Source: a virus
Taxonomy: Duplodnaviria; Caudoviricetes
Direction: 5' to 3' (one strand)
Virus record (IMG/VR): IMGVR_UViG_3300025120_000048
Coordinates: 1 to 61,608 of that record
DNA: 61,608 nucleotides
Under the pieces are notes generated by a model. It saw only the letters and a list, made by a program, of their open reading frames with translations. It searched no databases and had not been told where the DNA came from. Positions 40,033-49,490 of this stretch are shown here, in pieces. The translations under genes were made by a program, and so were the position numbers. Position 1 is the first letter of the stretch; every line of letters starts with the position of its first letter.

Positions 40033-41000
40033 TACCAAATATCTTCAAAATCTTCTCCTTCGTTTGCTTTAGAATAATCGGTTGGGCGTACTGCAAAAAA
40101 ATCAGTATGAGTATGACCACCGGTAAGATGATAAAACCAATCAAGTTTGTTTGCTCCTTTACTGTCAAAACTAAAGTACTTCCCGAGGTGCGTGTATCCA
40201 AGTTCTTGTAACTTTTCATTAAGTCTTTTTCGAATAAATTGTTTGAGATCGTAGGCTTTAAGATTTTCAATATCTCCTTGTTCGAACATTTTATCAATAT
40301 ATCGTTCTTCTGCTTTAAGCATTGACTCTGCTGCATTTATTATATCTGTTTTACAATCTTCTAATAATTTATTATTTTCTTGACACATATGTCTAAATAA
40401 TTGACAACCCATTTTACTATGCAATGATTCATCGCGAACAGACCATTTCATTTGTTGACCAATTCCTTTTAATAAATTTCTTAATTGAAAAGAATATAAT
40501 ACAGCAAAAGCAGAATAAAGACTGACTCCTTCAGCAAAAGCAGAAAAAATAGCCAAGGACTTTGCGATACCAACCAACTTAGTTCCTTCATAAGCGACGA
40601 GGTTGTTAAATCGCTCCATAGTTGCTTCATCTTGTAAAAAAGCTTCAAAATTTTCAAGTCCAAGTGTTTCATTTAAATAAGAATAAGCTACTGCATGAAT
40701 TGTTTCTTGTGAACCAAACATCATGGCCATTTGTTTTATTTCATGCTTAGGAAACCATGATACAACTTTTTGCGTCCAATAATCAGATACCGCACACTCT
40801 GTTTGAGCAAACCCCAAAAGTATATTTCCCACCAAATTTTTTTCACCTTTGGTAAGCTTTTCATTCCAATCCTTAACATCACCTGACATTGGTATCTCGG
40901 TATGTAACCAAAATGCTTGAGCTTGTTTAAGCCATCCCTCAGTATAGTATTCTGGATATTCAAATGGTTTGTATGGAATTCTTTCATCAAATAAACTCAT
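40032..41000 (-). CDS. nrdB: Ribonucleotide reductase class I beta subunit
   Basis: KPFEYP, FW...E, ETIH...Y, EG..L.S.F, RDESLH, DFF..R.TDY. Confidence 0.93.
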   Translation of the reverse strand: MSLFDERIPYKPFEYPEYYTEGWLKQAQAFWLHTEIPMSGDVKDWNEKLTKGEKNLVGNILLGFAQTECAVSDYWTQKVVSWFPKHEIKQMAMMFGSQETIHAVAYSYLNETLGLENFEAFLQDEATMERFNNLVAYEGTKLVGIAKSLAIFSAFAEGVSLYSAFAVLYSFQLRNLLKGIGQQMKWSVRDESLHSKMGCQLFRHMCQENNKLLEDCKTDIINAAESMLKAEERYIDKMFEQGDIENLKAYDLKQFIRKRLNEKLQELGYTHLGKYFSFDSKGANKLDWFYHLTGGHTHTDFFAVRPTDYSKANEGEDFEDIW

Positions 41001-41003
41001 ATT

Positions 41004-41138
41004 TTATCTTTCAACTTTTAATGCTATATCTACAAAAGGTAAATATATAACATGTTCAATAAATGTTTTTTCAACATAACTTCTCATCCCAATAAGAACT
41101 CCGGGATATAACCCTATAGATAAATCCCAGCTTTTCAT
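41004..41138 (-). CDS. 44-aa hypothetical protein
   Basis: MKSWDLSIGLYPGVLIGMRSY...; ATGA-coupled. Confidence 0.55.
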   Translation of the reverse strand: MKSWDLSIGLYPGVLIGMRSYVEKTFIEHVIYLPFVDIALKVER

Positions 41139-41269
41139 CGTCCTTGTCCTTTATATAATTTAATATAATTTTTACTATGTTTTAACCCCGAAGTTTTAGT
41201 TTTAGCATGCACACCGGGCCTACGCACTTTAGATTTTCTATTATAATTGTTTAATACTAATTTAGCCAT
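41135..41269 (-). CDS. 44-aa basic protein ending YKGQGR
   Basis: MAKLVLNNYNRKSKVRRPGVHAKTKTS...YKGQGR. Confidence 0.6.
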   Translation of the reverse strand: MAKLVLNNYNRKSKVRRPGVHAKTKTSGLKHSKNYIKLYKGQGR

Positions 41270-41435
41270 AACATTTTATATTGTATTTATCATGTATTTC
41301 TACTATTTCTCTATACTTAACATATCCCCTACTGTTTATAGACCATCTTATCCATTTTTCAATTTGTCTTTCAGCGTAGCGTTTTCTGGCTATGTCTTTT
41401 TCTTTTGCAATATTATTTGAATAACCTTGTCGCAT
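41262..41435 (-). CDS. 57-aa hypothetical protein
   Basis: Open frame fills the gap between the endonuclease and the next ORF; start uncertain. Confidence 0.45.
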   Translation of the reverse strand: MRQGYSNNIAKEKDIARKRYAERQIEKWIRWSINSRGYVKYREIVEIHDKYNIKCYG

Positions 41436-41848
41436 TCAGCTTGATTTTGTGGTTTATATAATGTGTAGCCAGGAAATTGTTCAGTCATTAATTTTTTAAA
41501 TAATTTCCATCTAATCGGAAATGATTCATTAGGCCTACCTTTAGTTTCAATTATAAAATTATCTCCTATAAAATCAGGAGTGTATTTAATTGGCAATATT
41601 CTTTTACAACCTCTATTTTTAAATTCGCCTTTACTATTTGCTTGTCTTTCATATACTTCATTTTCAAAATGAAATCCATTTATAAGAACAAAAGTTTCAC
41701 CTTCGTATTTGGATTTTACTTTTGCTTTTTTTAAAGCCATATACATATAACGTTCTAAACCAGAAGCAAAATTAACACCATCATAAGATATTTTTTTTGA
41801 TTGTACAGGTCCTCGTTTTTTATAGCTCTTCCGCGTCTTTAACATAAC
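41390..41848 (-). CDS. T7 endonuclease I-like PD-(D/E)XK nuclease/resolvase
   Basis: FASGLE, YE, YTPDF, IIETKG motifs; start moved to MLKTRK. Confidence 0.75.
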   Translation of the reverse strand, partial: VMLKTRKSYKKRGPVQSKKISYDGVNFASGLERYMYMALKKAKVKSKYEGETFVLINGFHFENEVYERQANSKGEFKNRGCKRILPIKYTPDFIGDNFIIETKGRPNESFPIRWKLFKKLMTEQFPGYTLYKPQNQAECDKVIQIILQKKKT

Positions 41849-42047
41849 ATTCTTCAATTTCTTCTCGTAATACTGATCTAGCTTTTTCAAGATAATTAAC
41901 AGCATCCATTAATTCTTCTTGTAAATGTTGTAACCATTTGTCTAAAGTTTGATCATCATCTGCTAAAGTTACGCCGTATTTTTTAAAACCAACATCAGAT
42001 CTAGACTTAATTTTATTAATAACTTGTTCTATAATTTTATCTCTCAT
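41820..42047 (-). CDS. Small all-alpha NTP-pyrophosphatase-like protein
   Basis: R...G..KYG..L...W..H.QEE.MDA..Y pattern. Confidence 0.55.
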   Translation of the reverse strand: MRDKIIEQVINKIKSRSDVGFKKYGVTLADDDQTLDKWLQHLQEELMDAVNYLEKARSVLREEIEECYVKDAEEL

Positions 42048-42808
42048 AATGTGTTTTTTACAAAAGTTCCGTTTTGCATACTTCCTGTACGATTTACAAT
42101 TTGATCATACGAATGTCTAATACAAGTTTCAATGTTATTACCCGTAAGCTCTGCAAAATTTGTTAATACAACTACTGCATCACCTATTGCATCAATAATT
42201 TCTAATTGATCTTCTTTTAAAACAGCTTCAGATAATTCTCCAATTTCTTCGTACAATTTAATTAATTGAGTTTTAGAATCACCTTTAGCATATATACCAC
42301 GATCATCTGCCCACTTTCTAATAAGATTAAAAAGCTCATCTAACGGTATAGGTGGTTCAGCTAATAAGTCTTCATAAAAAGCTTTATTATAAATGTAGCA
42401 TCGGTCGCTGTTATACATAGATGTTTTAGCATTTTTGCATATCCATTTAATAGTTTTTTTATTTAAAGAAAATATGCTTAGATCTGTAACCCATTCCATT
42501 CCTAAGTTTTTATTTAAAACTTTTTTTAAATCAACGGTTTCACATGGAAATGTTGTTGTTTGAGTAGTTACGTTTATTTTCATAAAATTTGATTGTTTTA
42601 ATTTTAAATCACTATATTTTTGTCTATCAATTTTATAGCCGTAATCATGTTGAAGTTCTATTTCTTTTTCAGATATATAATTAATATCATCACTAGAATC
42701 TAAAACTTCATATTCACCTTCTTTATAACCTTGTATAAGTGTAACTCTATTTTTTAAATTACGTGTAACACCAATTTTTTTACCAGGTATATGATAAATA
42801 TAATACAT
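42044..42808 (-). CDS. GIY-YIG-like N-terminus fused to MazG-like NTP pyrophosphohydrolase
   Basis: YIY...KIGVT.N...R at the N-terminus; W...RG...KL.EE.GEL...DAIGD..VVL at the C-terminus. Confidence 0.7.
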   Translation of the reverse strand: MYYIYHIPGKKIGVTRNLKNRVTLIQGYKEGEYEVLDSSDDINYISEKEIELQHDYGYKIDRQKYSDLKLKQSNFMKINVTTQTTTFPCETVDLKKVLNKNLGMEWVTDLSIFSLNKKTIKWICKNAKTSMYNSDRCYIYNKAFYEDLLAEPPIPLDELFNLIRKWADDRGIYAKGDSKTQLIKLYEEIGELSEAVLKEDQLEIIDAIGDAVVVLTNFAELTGNNIETCIRHSYDQIVNRTGSMQNGTFVKNTL

Positions 42809-42811
42809 AAT

Positions 42812-43348
42812 TTAATTATTAAAATCTGCCATTTTGTCGTATTTAGCTACAACAAAAAAAGTATCTCGACTTGAAGCTATTCCAAAACCTATTTTATTAC
42901 ATTTTTTACATAAAATTTGTTCTGTAGTTAGTTTATTAATATCATCATCAGATAAAGTCCAAAAAACAGAAGCGTGAGCCATTAAATTTTCTGTTTCTTT
43001 AAACCAATTTTTTGGAGCATAAAAAATTAATTCACCTTTTTTATCATCTATTTCTGAATGTTTAGGTTCATTTATAATAGCTAAATAATCAGCCCATTTT
43101 TGTGCTTCTATTGATAATTTTTCATCAAATTCTAAAGGTTTATATTCAAAATAAGATCTAGTAACATTTTGATAATTTATAGCTTTATATACATTTTTTA
43201 AAAACAATTGTTTTTGTTTATTTTCAATTTCTAAATAATCATTTACTGTTAAGGCATCTCTTTTTATTTTTGATTTTGCAAAATTTATACCTCCATATTG
43301 AGCTATTCCTAAAAAAGGAATTAGCATTAATAATAACATTTTTTTCAT
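42812..43348 (-). CDS. Secreted CAP/SCP-domain protein
   Basis: Signal peptide; N..R.....PL..D..L...AQ.WA..LA, HS, GE, IGFG, VVA.Y. Confidence 0.7.
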   Translation of the reverse strand: MKKMLLLMLIPFLGIAQYGGINFAKSKIKRDALTVNDYLEIENKQKQLFLKNVYKAINYQNVTRSYFEYKPLEFDEKLSIEAQKWADYLAIINEPKHSEIDDKKGELIFYAPKNWFKETENLMAHASVFWTLSDDDINKLTTEQILCKKCNKIGFGIASSRDTFFVVAKYDKMADFNN

Positions 43349-43358
43349 AATATTTAAT

Positions 43359-44189
43359 TTAATTGTTATCTCCTACTGATAGGGGTGCTTTAATTGGATT
43401 ATGTGGATTATACTGTTTTAGTATAATGTCTTCATGACAAGGTATAAAAATATTTTTATTGTTTACTATTTTTAAACCTTTTTTTACCTCCACAACAGGT
43501 AAATTTTTAAAATTTCTTGATAATTGTAGTTTAGCTTGATCTAAATGATTATTATATAAATGGCAATCCCCTAATTGACCTATTAAATTTCCTGGTTTAA
43601 AGTTAAATTCTTTACACAATAATAAGATTAATAAACCATACATAGCTATATCATATGGTAACCCTAAAAATACATCAACAGATCTTTGTTGCCATATTAA
43701 ATCTAATTTATTATTATTTACATAAACCTGAAACCCATAGTGACAAGGAGGTAAAGCCATATCATTAAAATCAGCAGGGTTCCAAGCGTTAAGGAGTAAT
43801 CTTCTTGAGGTGGGATTCTTTTTGAGGTTATCAATAATATATAACAACTGATCAAAACCATTGAAATTTCGCCATTGATTACCATATATCTTCCCAAGAT
43901 TTCCATCTGTCCTACCACTTCGTTCATAGTCGGCATCCCAATAATGAACATTATGTTTATGAAGATATTCAAGATCTGTGCGCCCTTGTAATATCCAGAG
44001 TAACTCTGTAATCGCATGTTTAAAATATATTTTTTTAGTTGTTAATAATGGAAAACCTAAATCCATATTATGTTTAATACTTCTTCCAAAAACAGATATT
44101 GTACCAGTTCCGGTTCTATCTGCTTTTTGTTTTCCACTATATAAAACCCCTGATAATAATCCTCTATATTCATCTTGTATGCTTATCAT
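43359..44189 (-). CDS. thyA: Thymidylate synthase
   Basis: DRTGTGT, FPLLTTK, ELLW, MALPPCH, QRSVD.FLG.P, GDCHLY; start moved to MISIQ. Confidence 0.95.
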   Translation of the reverse strand: MISIQDEYRGLLSGVLYSGKQKADRTGTGTISVFGRSIKHNMDLGFPLLTTKKIYFKHAITELLWILQGRTDLEYLHKHNVHYWDADYERSGRTDGNLGKIYGNQWRNFNGFDQLLYIIDNLKKNPTSRRLLLNAWNPADFNDMALPPCHYGFQVYVNNNKLDLIWQQRSVDVFLGLPYDIAMYGLLILLLCKEFNFKPGNLIGQLGDCHLYNNHLDQAKLQLSRNFKNLPVVEVKKGLKIVNNKNIFIPCHEDIILKQYNPHNPIKAPLSVGDNN

Positions 44190-44457
44190 AATAATATTTT
44201 TTGGTTTTATATACTTCTTGCCAAATTTCATGCACAAGATATGTCTTAGGTGTTTTATATATAGTTTTATAATCACTTCCTAAAGAAACAGCTACACGCC
44301 ATTCTTCAGGATAAAATCCGTGTGTGATAGGACTAGGTGAAATTCTTATATTATTTTTAATACAAAAATTATCCCATTTAAGTTGTTCATCTGTAGCTAT
44401 AAAATCCGTGCCTAAGCCTTTGTAATTTTTTCTTTTTTTAATAGCTGCTATTCCCAT
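44170..44457 (-). CDS. Hypothetical protein
   Basis: Overlaps both neighbours by a few codons. Confidence 0.6.
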   Translation of the reverse strand: MGIAAIKKRKNYKGLGTDFIATDEQLKWDNFCIKNNIRISPSPITHGFYPEEWRVAVSLGSDYKTIYKTPKTYLVHEIWQEVYKTKKYYYDKHTR

Positions 44458-46157
44458 GGTAAATCTTCATTTTTTAAATCATCTATAGGAATATAATCAC
44501 CTGATATGTGATCCCATTTAAAATGAGCTTCGGCTTGGTTTTCTCCTAAATTTTGAAATTTAACTTTAAGAACTTTAACTTTTACTGTTTTACGCTCATA
44601 ATCCCTATGAACTAATAGGCCGTGATAACTAGCATCATACCATTCACCACCACCTTTAATGCTATACATAGTTGGTTCATCAATAGTACCATCATCTTTT
44701 TTATACATTTTTGTTGGGTGAGCAACAACTATTACTAATACATCATATTTTTTAGCAAAAGCTTCTATACGCGTTAAGTATTCCATAGTTGCATCAGGTA
44801 TACTCATTGCACTTGCCCCATTCATTTTTACTTTATTATACGGATCAATAACTAAACATTTAATTCCTTTACGTTTAACAAGTTCAGCACCTTTAAGTAA
44901 TACTGAATCTAAATCATATCTTTCATTTTCAATAAAATAAAAATTATCATTTACTGATTCAGTAATATCATTCCATTTATTAGATCCAATATCACTTTTT
45001 TCAGGTAACCAACCACCTAGCTTTCTTATAAGCTTATGTGCATGTAAAAAAGTAGGTTTATTTTCAGGAGAAGCAAAAGCAGTTTTCCATCCATATTTTA
45101 AGTAGTATCCCACAGCCATTCGATCAACAAAATCAGACTTGCCACTGCTAGGCACGCCTGTAACGGTGATGAATTGTCCTGTGTAAGTAGAGAATATACT
45201 ATCAAAGTTATTAAGGCCGACTTGATAACCCGGTTTAAAACCTTCTTCAATAAATTCTTGTAGTTCATCATTTACATCATTTAAAGTTAAAACATTTTCT
45301 AAAGGAACAGGGGCAGCTTTATCAATAAGCCTATTGAGCATAGCAGAGCCGTAAGCCATAATATATTCGTTAGCATCCTTGAGGTCTCCAAAGCTAATCG
45401 TATAGCATATTTCTGCTCCAAAACGTCTAATGAATTCTTTTTGTAAATTCTGACCGGCTTCGTCTTGATCGACTGCAAGTATAATTTTGGTTTTGTCTTC
45501 GAAATACTCAATGCAGCTATCGAGGTAATCAAGATTAAGCTTATTAATAGTAGCTCCGTTTGGAACGCTGACCACACTATTAACCTTAGCCTCCACAAAA
45601 GATAAAGCATCAATTTCGCCTTCAACAATAACAACATAATCATGGCCGATAGTGCTGTCAATATTATAAAAAACCTTTTCGGCTCCTTTAACCAATTTAA
45701 AATTTTTTCTTCCATCTCTATATTTTATATTTATTAATTCATTATTTATAAAATAATTAAATTGAATTGTATTTTCATTTTGATTTGTTTGTGGCATCCA
45801 TTCAGATCCTTCACTTATTTTTAATTTAGTAAGTGTTGATTGTGAAATACCACGATTTTCAAACCATTTAATTGCATTATTAGTTAAATTTGTTTTATTA
45901 GTCCATTCAGGTTTTATATAAACCTTTTCGCTAGCGCCTTTGCGCTGAAATGTGTGTAATTGAAATGTTTGATCACAGTTATGACAAGTTCCTAAGCCTC
46001 TACCCCAATCGTAAGATGCACATTGTGCTTTCTTATTTTTATCTTTACGACTAGAAGAGCACAGAGGACAAGTGCCTTGTGCTTTTCCAACTTCTAAGTC
46101 GTATTGATTAAACTGGTCGATCAAAAATCCATTGATCTCCGAATTATTTATATCCAT
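44448..46157 (-). CDS. T7 gp4/Twinkle-like primase-helicase
   Basis: CxxC...CxxC Zn ribbon, EGEID and DQD TOPRIM motifs, GVPSSGKS Walker A, LVIDP, VAHP. Confidence 0.9.
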   Translation of the reverse strand: MDINNSEINGFLIDQFNQYDLEVGKAQGTCPLCSSSRKDKNKKAQCASYDWGRGLGTCHNCDQTFQLHTFQRKGASEKVYIKPEWTNKTNLTNNAIKWFENRGISQSTLTKLKISEGSEWMPQTNQNENTIQFNYFINNELINIKYRDGRKNFKLVKGAEKVFYNIDSTIGHDYVVIVEGEIDALSFVEAKVNSVVSVPNGATINKLNLDYLDSCIEYFEDKTKIILAVDQDEAGQNLQKEFIRRFGAEICYTISFGDLKDANEYIMAYGSAMLNRLIDKAAPVPLENVLTLNDVNDELQEFIEEGFKPGYQVGLNNFDSIFSTYTGQFITVTGVPSSGKSDFVDRMAVGYYLKYGWKTAFASPENKPTFLHAHKLIRKLGGWLPEKSDIGSNKWNDITESVNDNFYFIENERYDLDSVLLKGAELVKRKGIKCLVIDPYNKVKMNGASAMSIPDATMEYLTRIEAFAKKYDVLVIVVAHPTKMYKKDDGTIDEPTMYSIKGGGEWYDASYHGLLVHRDYERKTVKVKVLKVKFQNLGENQAEAHFKWDHISGDYIPIDDLKNEDLPWE

Positions 46158-46466
46158 TTAGAACGGTAAATCTGGTGTTGCTGGTTGTTTTGGTTGATTT
46201 ACTTGATTATTATCATCTCTTGGAGCTGCAGCTACATTGTCACCATTAGTCCAAACAACTTGAACATTGCCTAAATAATTTTTAGCTTCTTTATTGTCTC
46301 GTTGTTCTTTTGATTGTGAATCTGTAATTGGTCCTTGATTACCAAATTGATCAACTTCATCATTTAAAGTTATTGTAATAGGATAATACTTTCCTTTTTT
46401 ACCTACAATAATTTTAGATTTATCGATTGCGTCTAAATTGATACTTGATTTAATTATTGATGCCAT
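46158..46466 (-). CDS. Putative single-stranded DNA-binding protein
   Basis: GKKGKY...D.FGN...YLGN core and C-terminal DLPF tail. Confidence 0.7.
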   Translation of the reverse strand: MASIIKSSINLDAIDKSKIIVGKKGKYYPITITLNDEVDQFGNQGPITDSQSKEQRDNKEAKNYLGNVQVVWTNGDNVAAAPRDDNNQVNQPKQPATPDLPF

Positions 46467-46480
46467 TAGATTAAATTTAA

Positions 46481-47212
46481 TTATAATGTTTGATTTTCAA
46501 AATACTGTTCTGGATCAAATCCAGGAGTATTATAAACTAATTTATAGTTTGCGGCTGCCTCTTGTACTTTCCTGTATCCGCTATTAATAAAATCAGGTGA
46601 GCAGTCAAAGAATTTTGGAATTAAAGTATTTTTATCAATTGCAATAAAAAGCATTTCATAACCAAATAATTCTTGATATATAAAGGCTTGACTGTTATAA
46701 CCATACTTATATGCGCTTGATTTAAAATTACTTACATCATTTGTAGTTTTTAAATCAATAATCATTTTTTCATCATGATTTACAACATCAGCTTTTCCTT
46801 TCCACATAAGCTCTTCAATTTTTTTAATTTGAGGAACTTCATATTCAACATTACCTTCATTAATAAAGTAATTAATCATTTCATGATTGCGTGTTTTTTC
46901 AATCATTAGTTGAATCTTATCAACTTCATGTTCTAATAAACACATTTCACCATCTGATAATTCTTTATATTTTTTTGTATTACGTGTTGAACTTTGTATA
47001 ACTCTGTATTTTTTTAATTTATCCGGTTCTAAAATAGCAGTGTGATAATAACCTCCAACTAAAAAAGCTGGTCGCATTTCTTGAGGTTTATGTAATGATA
47101 ATGGATCTTTAATTAAAGTATTTACATTACTATTACTTAAAAACTTTTGACCAAATGAACCATAATAATGCTCATCTTCTTTAAGCTTTTTAATTATCTC
47201 TGCTTTATTCAT
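46481..47212 (-). CDS. RecE-like PD-(D/E)XK exonuclease
   Basis: LSNS, G...H..ILEP, KGKAD, IDLKTT, Y..QA..Y. Confidence 0.8.
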   Translation of the reverse strand: MNKAEIIKKLKEDEHYYGSFGQKFLSNSNVNTLIKDPLSLHKPQEMRPAFLVGGYYHTAILEPDKLKKYRVIQSSTRNTKKYKELSDGEMCLLEHEVDKIQLMIEKTRNHEMINYFINEGNVEYEVPQIKKIEELMWKGKADVVNHDEKMIIDLKTTNDVSNFKSSAYKYGYNSQAFIYQELFGYEMLFIAIDKNTLIPKFFDCSPDFINSGYRKVQEAAANYKLVYNTPGFDPEQYFENQTL

Positions 47213-47733
47213 TAAAGAGTTGTTATAGCTTTTTCTATTTTATCATCAACATTATATTTAGCTTTTATAATATTTAAAGCTTTCTTTTTATCTGGTGATT
47301 TAGCAATATAATCTTTAGCTTTTTCAATTTGCTCTTCATTCATTAAAGGATTATCATTGTCTTGAGTATCATCAATAAGTAAAAGATTGCCTAATGCATA
47401 TTTTTTACCATAAGATGAAGCAGAGCCAAATTTTTGTGGCATAGCCATTCCTTTTTGATTAAGATCAACACCTACAAGAGCTGTTTTAAATATAAAATTT
47501 GATGATTCGTTGTCTGTAATTGTTGCAGTTGATTTAAAAGTTGGTATCCCTGCAATTTCTGTTAATTCCCCTTCGTCAATAGTAAAGTTTACTTTGTATT
47601 TAATTATGAAAGGTTTTAATGCTTCAAGTATATCTTCAGCGTTTCTAAAGTTATAATTCCCAAAGTTATTTCTTCTTTTTTTAGCCACTTTGAGTTCGGC
47701 TTGGATGGTTGCTAATTTTTCGTTTATTTTCAT
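47212..47733 (-). CDS. ERF-family single-strand annealing protein
   Basis: K...NNFGNY.FR..EDI...LKP, Q..GSASSY.KKYAL...IDD..D.D. Confidence 0.85.
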   Translation of the reverse strand: MKINEKLATIQAELKVAKKRRNNFGNYNFRNAEDILEALKPFIIKYKVNFTIDEGELTEIAGIPTFKSTATITDNESSNFIFKTALVGVDLNQKGMAMPQKFGSASSYGKKYALGNLLLIDDTQDNDNPLMNEEQIEKAKDYIAKSPDKKKALNIIKAKYNVDDKIEKAITTL

Positions 47734-47777
47734 TCGTTTGTGTTTTAAATTAGTAATTGGTATTTTGGTATTTGATG

Positions 47778-48539
47778 TTAAAGATAATCAAAAATTTGAT
47801 TTGACTCAACATTTTCAATTAATTTTTTTACTGCTTCTTTTTTTATTTCTGAAATTCTCACATAAGCACTCGGCCCTTCAATTTTTAATAAATCCGCTAT
47901 TTGATTAGCGCTATGCTTATCACAATCAAGACCATAGCTTAATCTTAAGATTTCATATTCTTTTTTATTTAAATGTTTTTTAAGTAAACTTTGCAAATAT
48001 ATATTCATTAAACCAATATTATACGGCTCAGATTGATCAGGTATTTGATATAAGCCATAATCGTCATCTTCATTAATTTGTTCATCAATACTTAAAAATA
48101 TTGAATTAAAAAACATAGCTACCATCTTTTGATTTTTACCATTGTCTTTTCTTATTTCATTTAATTTGTGTTCTGGTATTCTTATATCACCTCTATTAAT
48201 ATCTATGGCTCTTCTTATTGCGCCTTTAATTCTCTTTGATAAAAATGATTTAAGAGTTTTTTCAGGTTCAGTTGATGCTTCTATTGTTTCCCATATAATT
48301 TTATCTACGGCTCTAATTAATCCTAAGCTTCCATCTTGAATTAAATCATTAATACTCATTACGCCACTTGCTTGTTGAGAAGTTGCAAATTTACGCCCGA
48401 TATTTTCGACTAATGGTAAAAACATTGTAATTAATTCGTTTCTGTTATATTCTTTTAATTCTTTTAGCTCGATATTATTTATTGAATCTGTTAAATCTAA
48501 TTTATATCGGATATAATTTCTTACATTATATTTTTTCAT
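47778..48539 (-). CDS. Sigma-70 family RNA polymerase sigma factor
   Basis: LPLVENIGRKF...DLIQDG.LGLIRAVDK, RI.GAIRRAI...IRIP, region 4 L...E..IL.L.YGL...IA..L. Confidence 0.85.
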   Translation of the reverse strand: MKKYNVRNYIRYKLDLTDSINNIELKELKEYNRNELITMFLPLVENIGRKFATSQQASGVMSINDLIQDGSLGLIRAVDKIIWETIEASTEPEKTLKSFLSKRIKGAIRRAIDINRGDIRIPEHKLNEIRKDNGKNQKMVAMFFNSIFLSIDEQINEDDDYGLYQIPDQSEPYNIGLMNIYLQSLLKKHLNKKEYEILRLSYGLDCDKHSANQIADLLKIEGPSAYVRISEIKKEAVKKLIENVESNQIFDYL

Positions 48540-49155
48540 GTTGCTCGTTCAATAACATTTTTTCTTTCTTTAGATTATTGCTCATGGTCCTGTAAATTGT
48601 TCTAGTTGAACAATGTAAAGCTTTTGAAAGGTTTAAAATGGTTATTTTACGGTTGCTTTCATTTATAAATAACATTGATTCATATATATCTGATTCAGTT
48701 ATTTTTTTTGTTTTACCAATTATATGGCCAACTATTTTAAGCTTCTCTTGTAAAGATAAAATACAATTATCTTTAAATATTATTTTTCTTAATTTATTTT
48801 TAGGTGGTTTATCTAAATCGGCTGTGTTTACTTCAACAATTATTTTTTCTAATATTAATGAAGGTACATAAAATTGTACAAATCCATTTTCTTTATTACA
48901 TATATATGATGCTACTTCTGTAAAGTTTTTTAAATTAAGCTTTGGATTCAAATACCATATAACTAATAAATGCCATTTTAAAGATCGGTATGTTGTTATT
49001 TTTGCTTTACTTCTAAATAGTTCATAACATTGGTAAGTACCTTTATTGTAATATACGCCCCATTCAAATACCTGTGATGGTTTATCGGTTGTTGGGTTTT
49101 GACGGTAAATAATCTTTCTTTGGGTTAAATATCCAAAGCGTCGGTCATATGACAT
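48526..49155 (-). CDS. DNA-binding protein with C-terminal HTH (possible replication initiator/regulator)
   Basis: KIT...LSKALHCSTRTIYR helix-turn-helix. Confidence 0.55.
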   Translation of the reverse strand: MSYDRRFGYLTQRKIIYRQNPTTDKPSQVFEWGVYYNKGTYQCYELFRSKAKITTYRSLKWHLLVIWYLNPKLNLKNFTEVASYICNKENGFVQFYVPSLILEKIIVEVNTADLDKPPKNKLRKIIFKDNCILSLQEKLKIVGHIIGKTKKITESDIYESMLFINESNRKITILNLSKALHCSTRTIYRTMSNNLKKEKMLLNEQHEKI

Positions 49156-49194
49156 TAGCCTACTACTATTTATATATAATTACCTATTGTCACA
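49148..49194. repeat. Inverted-repeat site IR1
   Basis: TATGACATTAG-N25-CTATTGTCACA; the left arm overlaps the start codon of 48526..49155. Confidence 0.75.
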
Positions 49195-49211
49195 TTTTTA
49201 TTAGTGACTTA

Positions 49212-49490
49212 TTATAAATTTTTTAATTTTTCTTTAATTCTATTTATTTTGTTTAAAACAATATTAGCTTTTAAATATTCTTCGTGATCAATATATCTTT
49301 TTTCTAATTGATAAAGTCGGTCTAATTGCAAATATAATAAATCCTCTTCTGAAACGGCACGACGGATTAAATCTTCATGGTCTACAGTATAAGTCTTATT
49401 GTTTTCTTCTTCAGCTAAATTATCATAATGCTCAACTAATTTTTTAAAAATCATATTGGAAATTCTATAAATTTCATCATCTGATAACAT
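49212..49490 (-). CDS. Hypothetical protein
   Basis: Helical ORF, TAATG-coupled. Confidence 0.6.
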   Translation of the reverse strand: MLSDDEIYRISNMIFKKLVEHYDNLAEEENNKTYTVDHEDLIRRAVSEEDLLYLQLDRLYQLEKRYIDHEEYLKANIVLNKINRIKEKLKNL

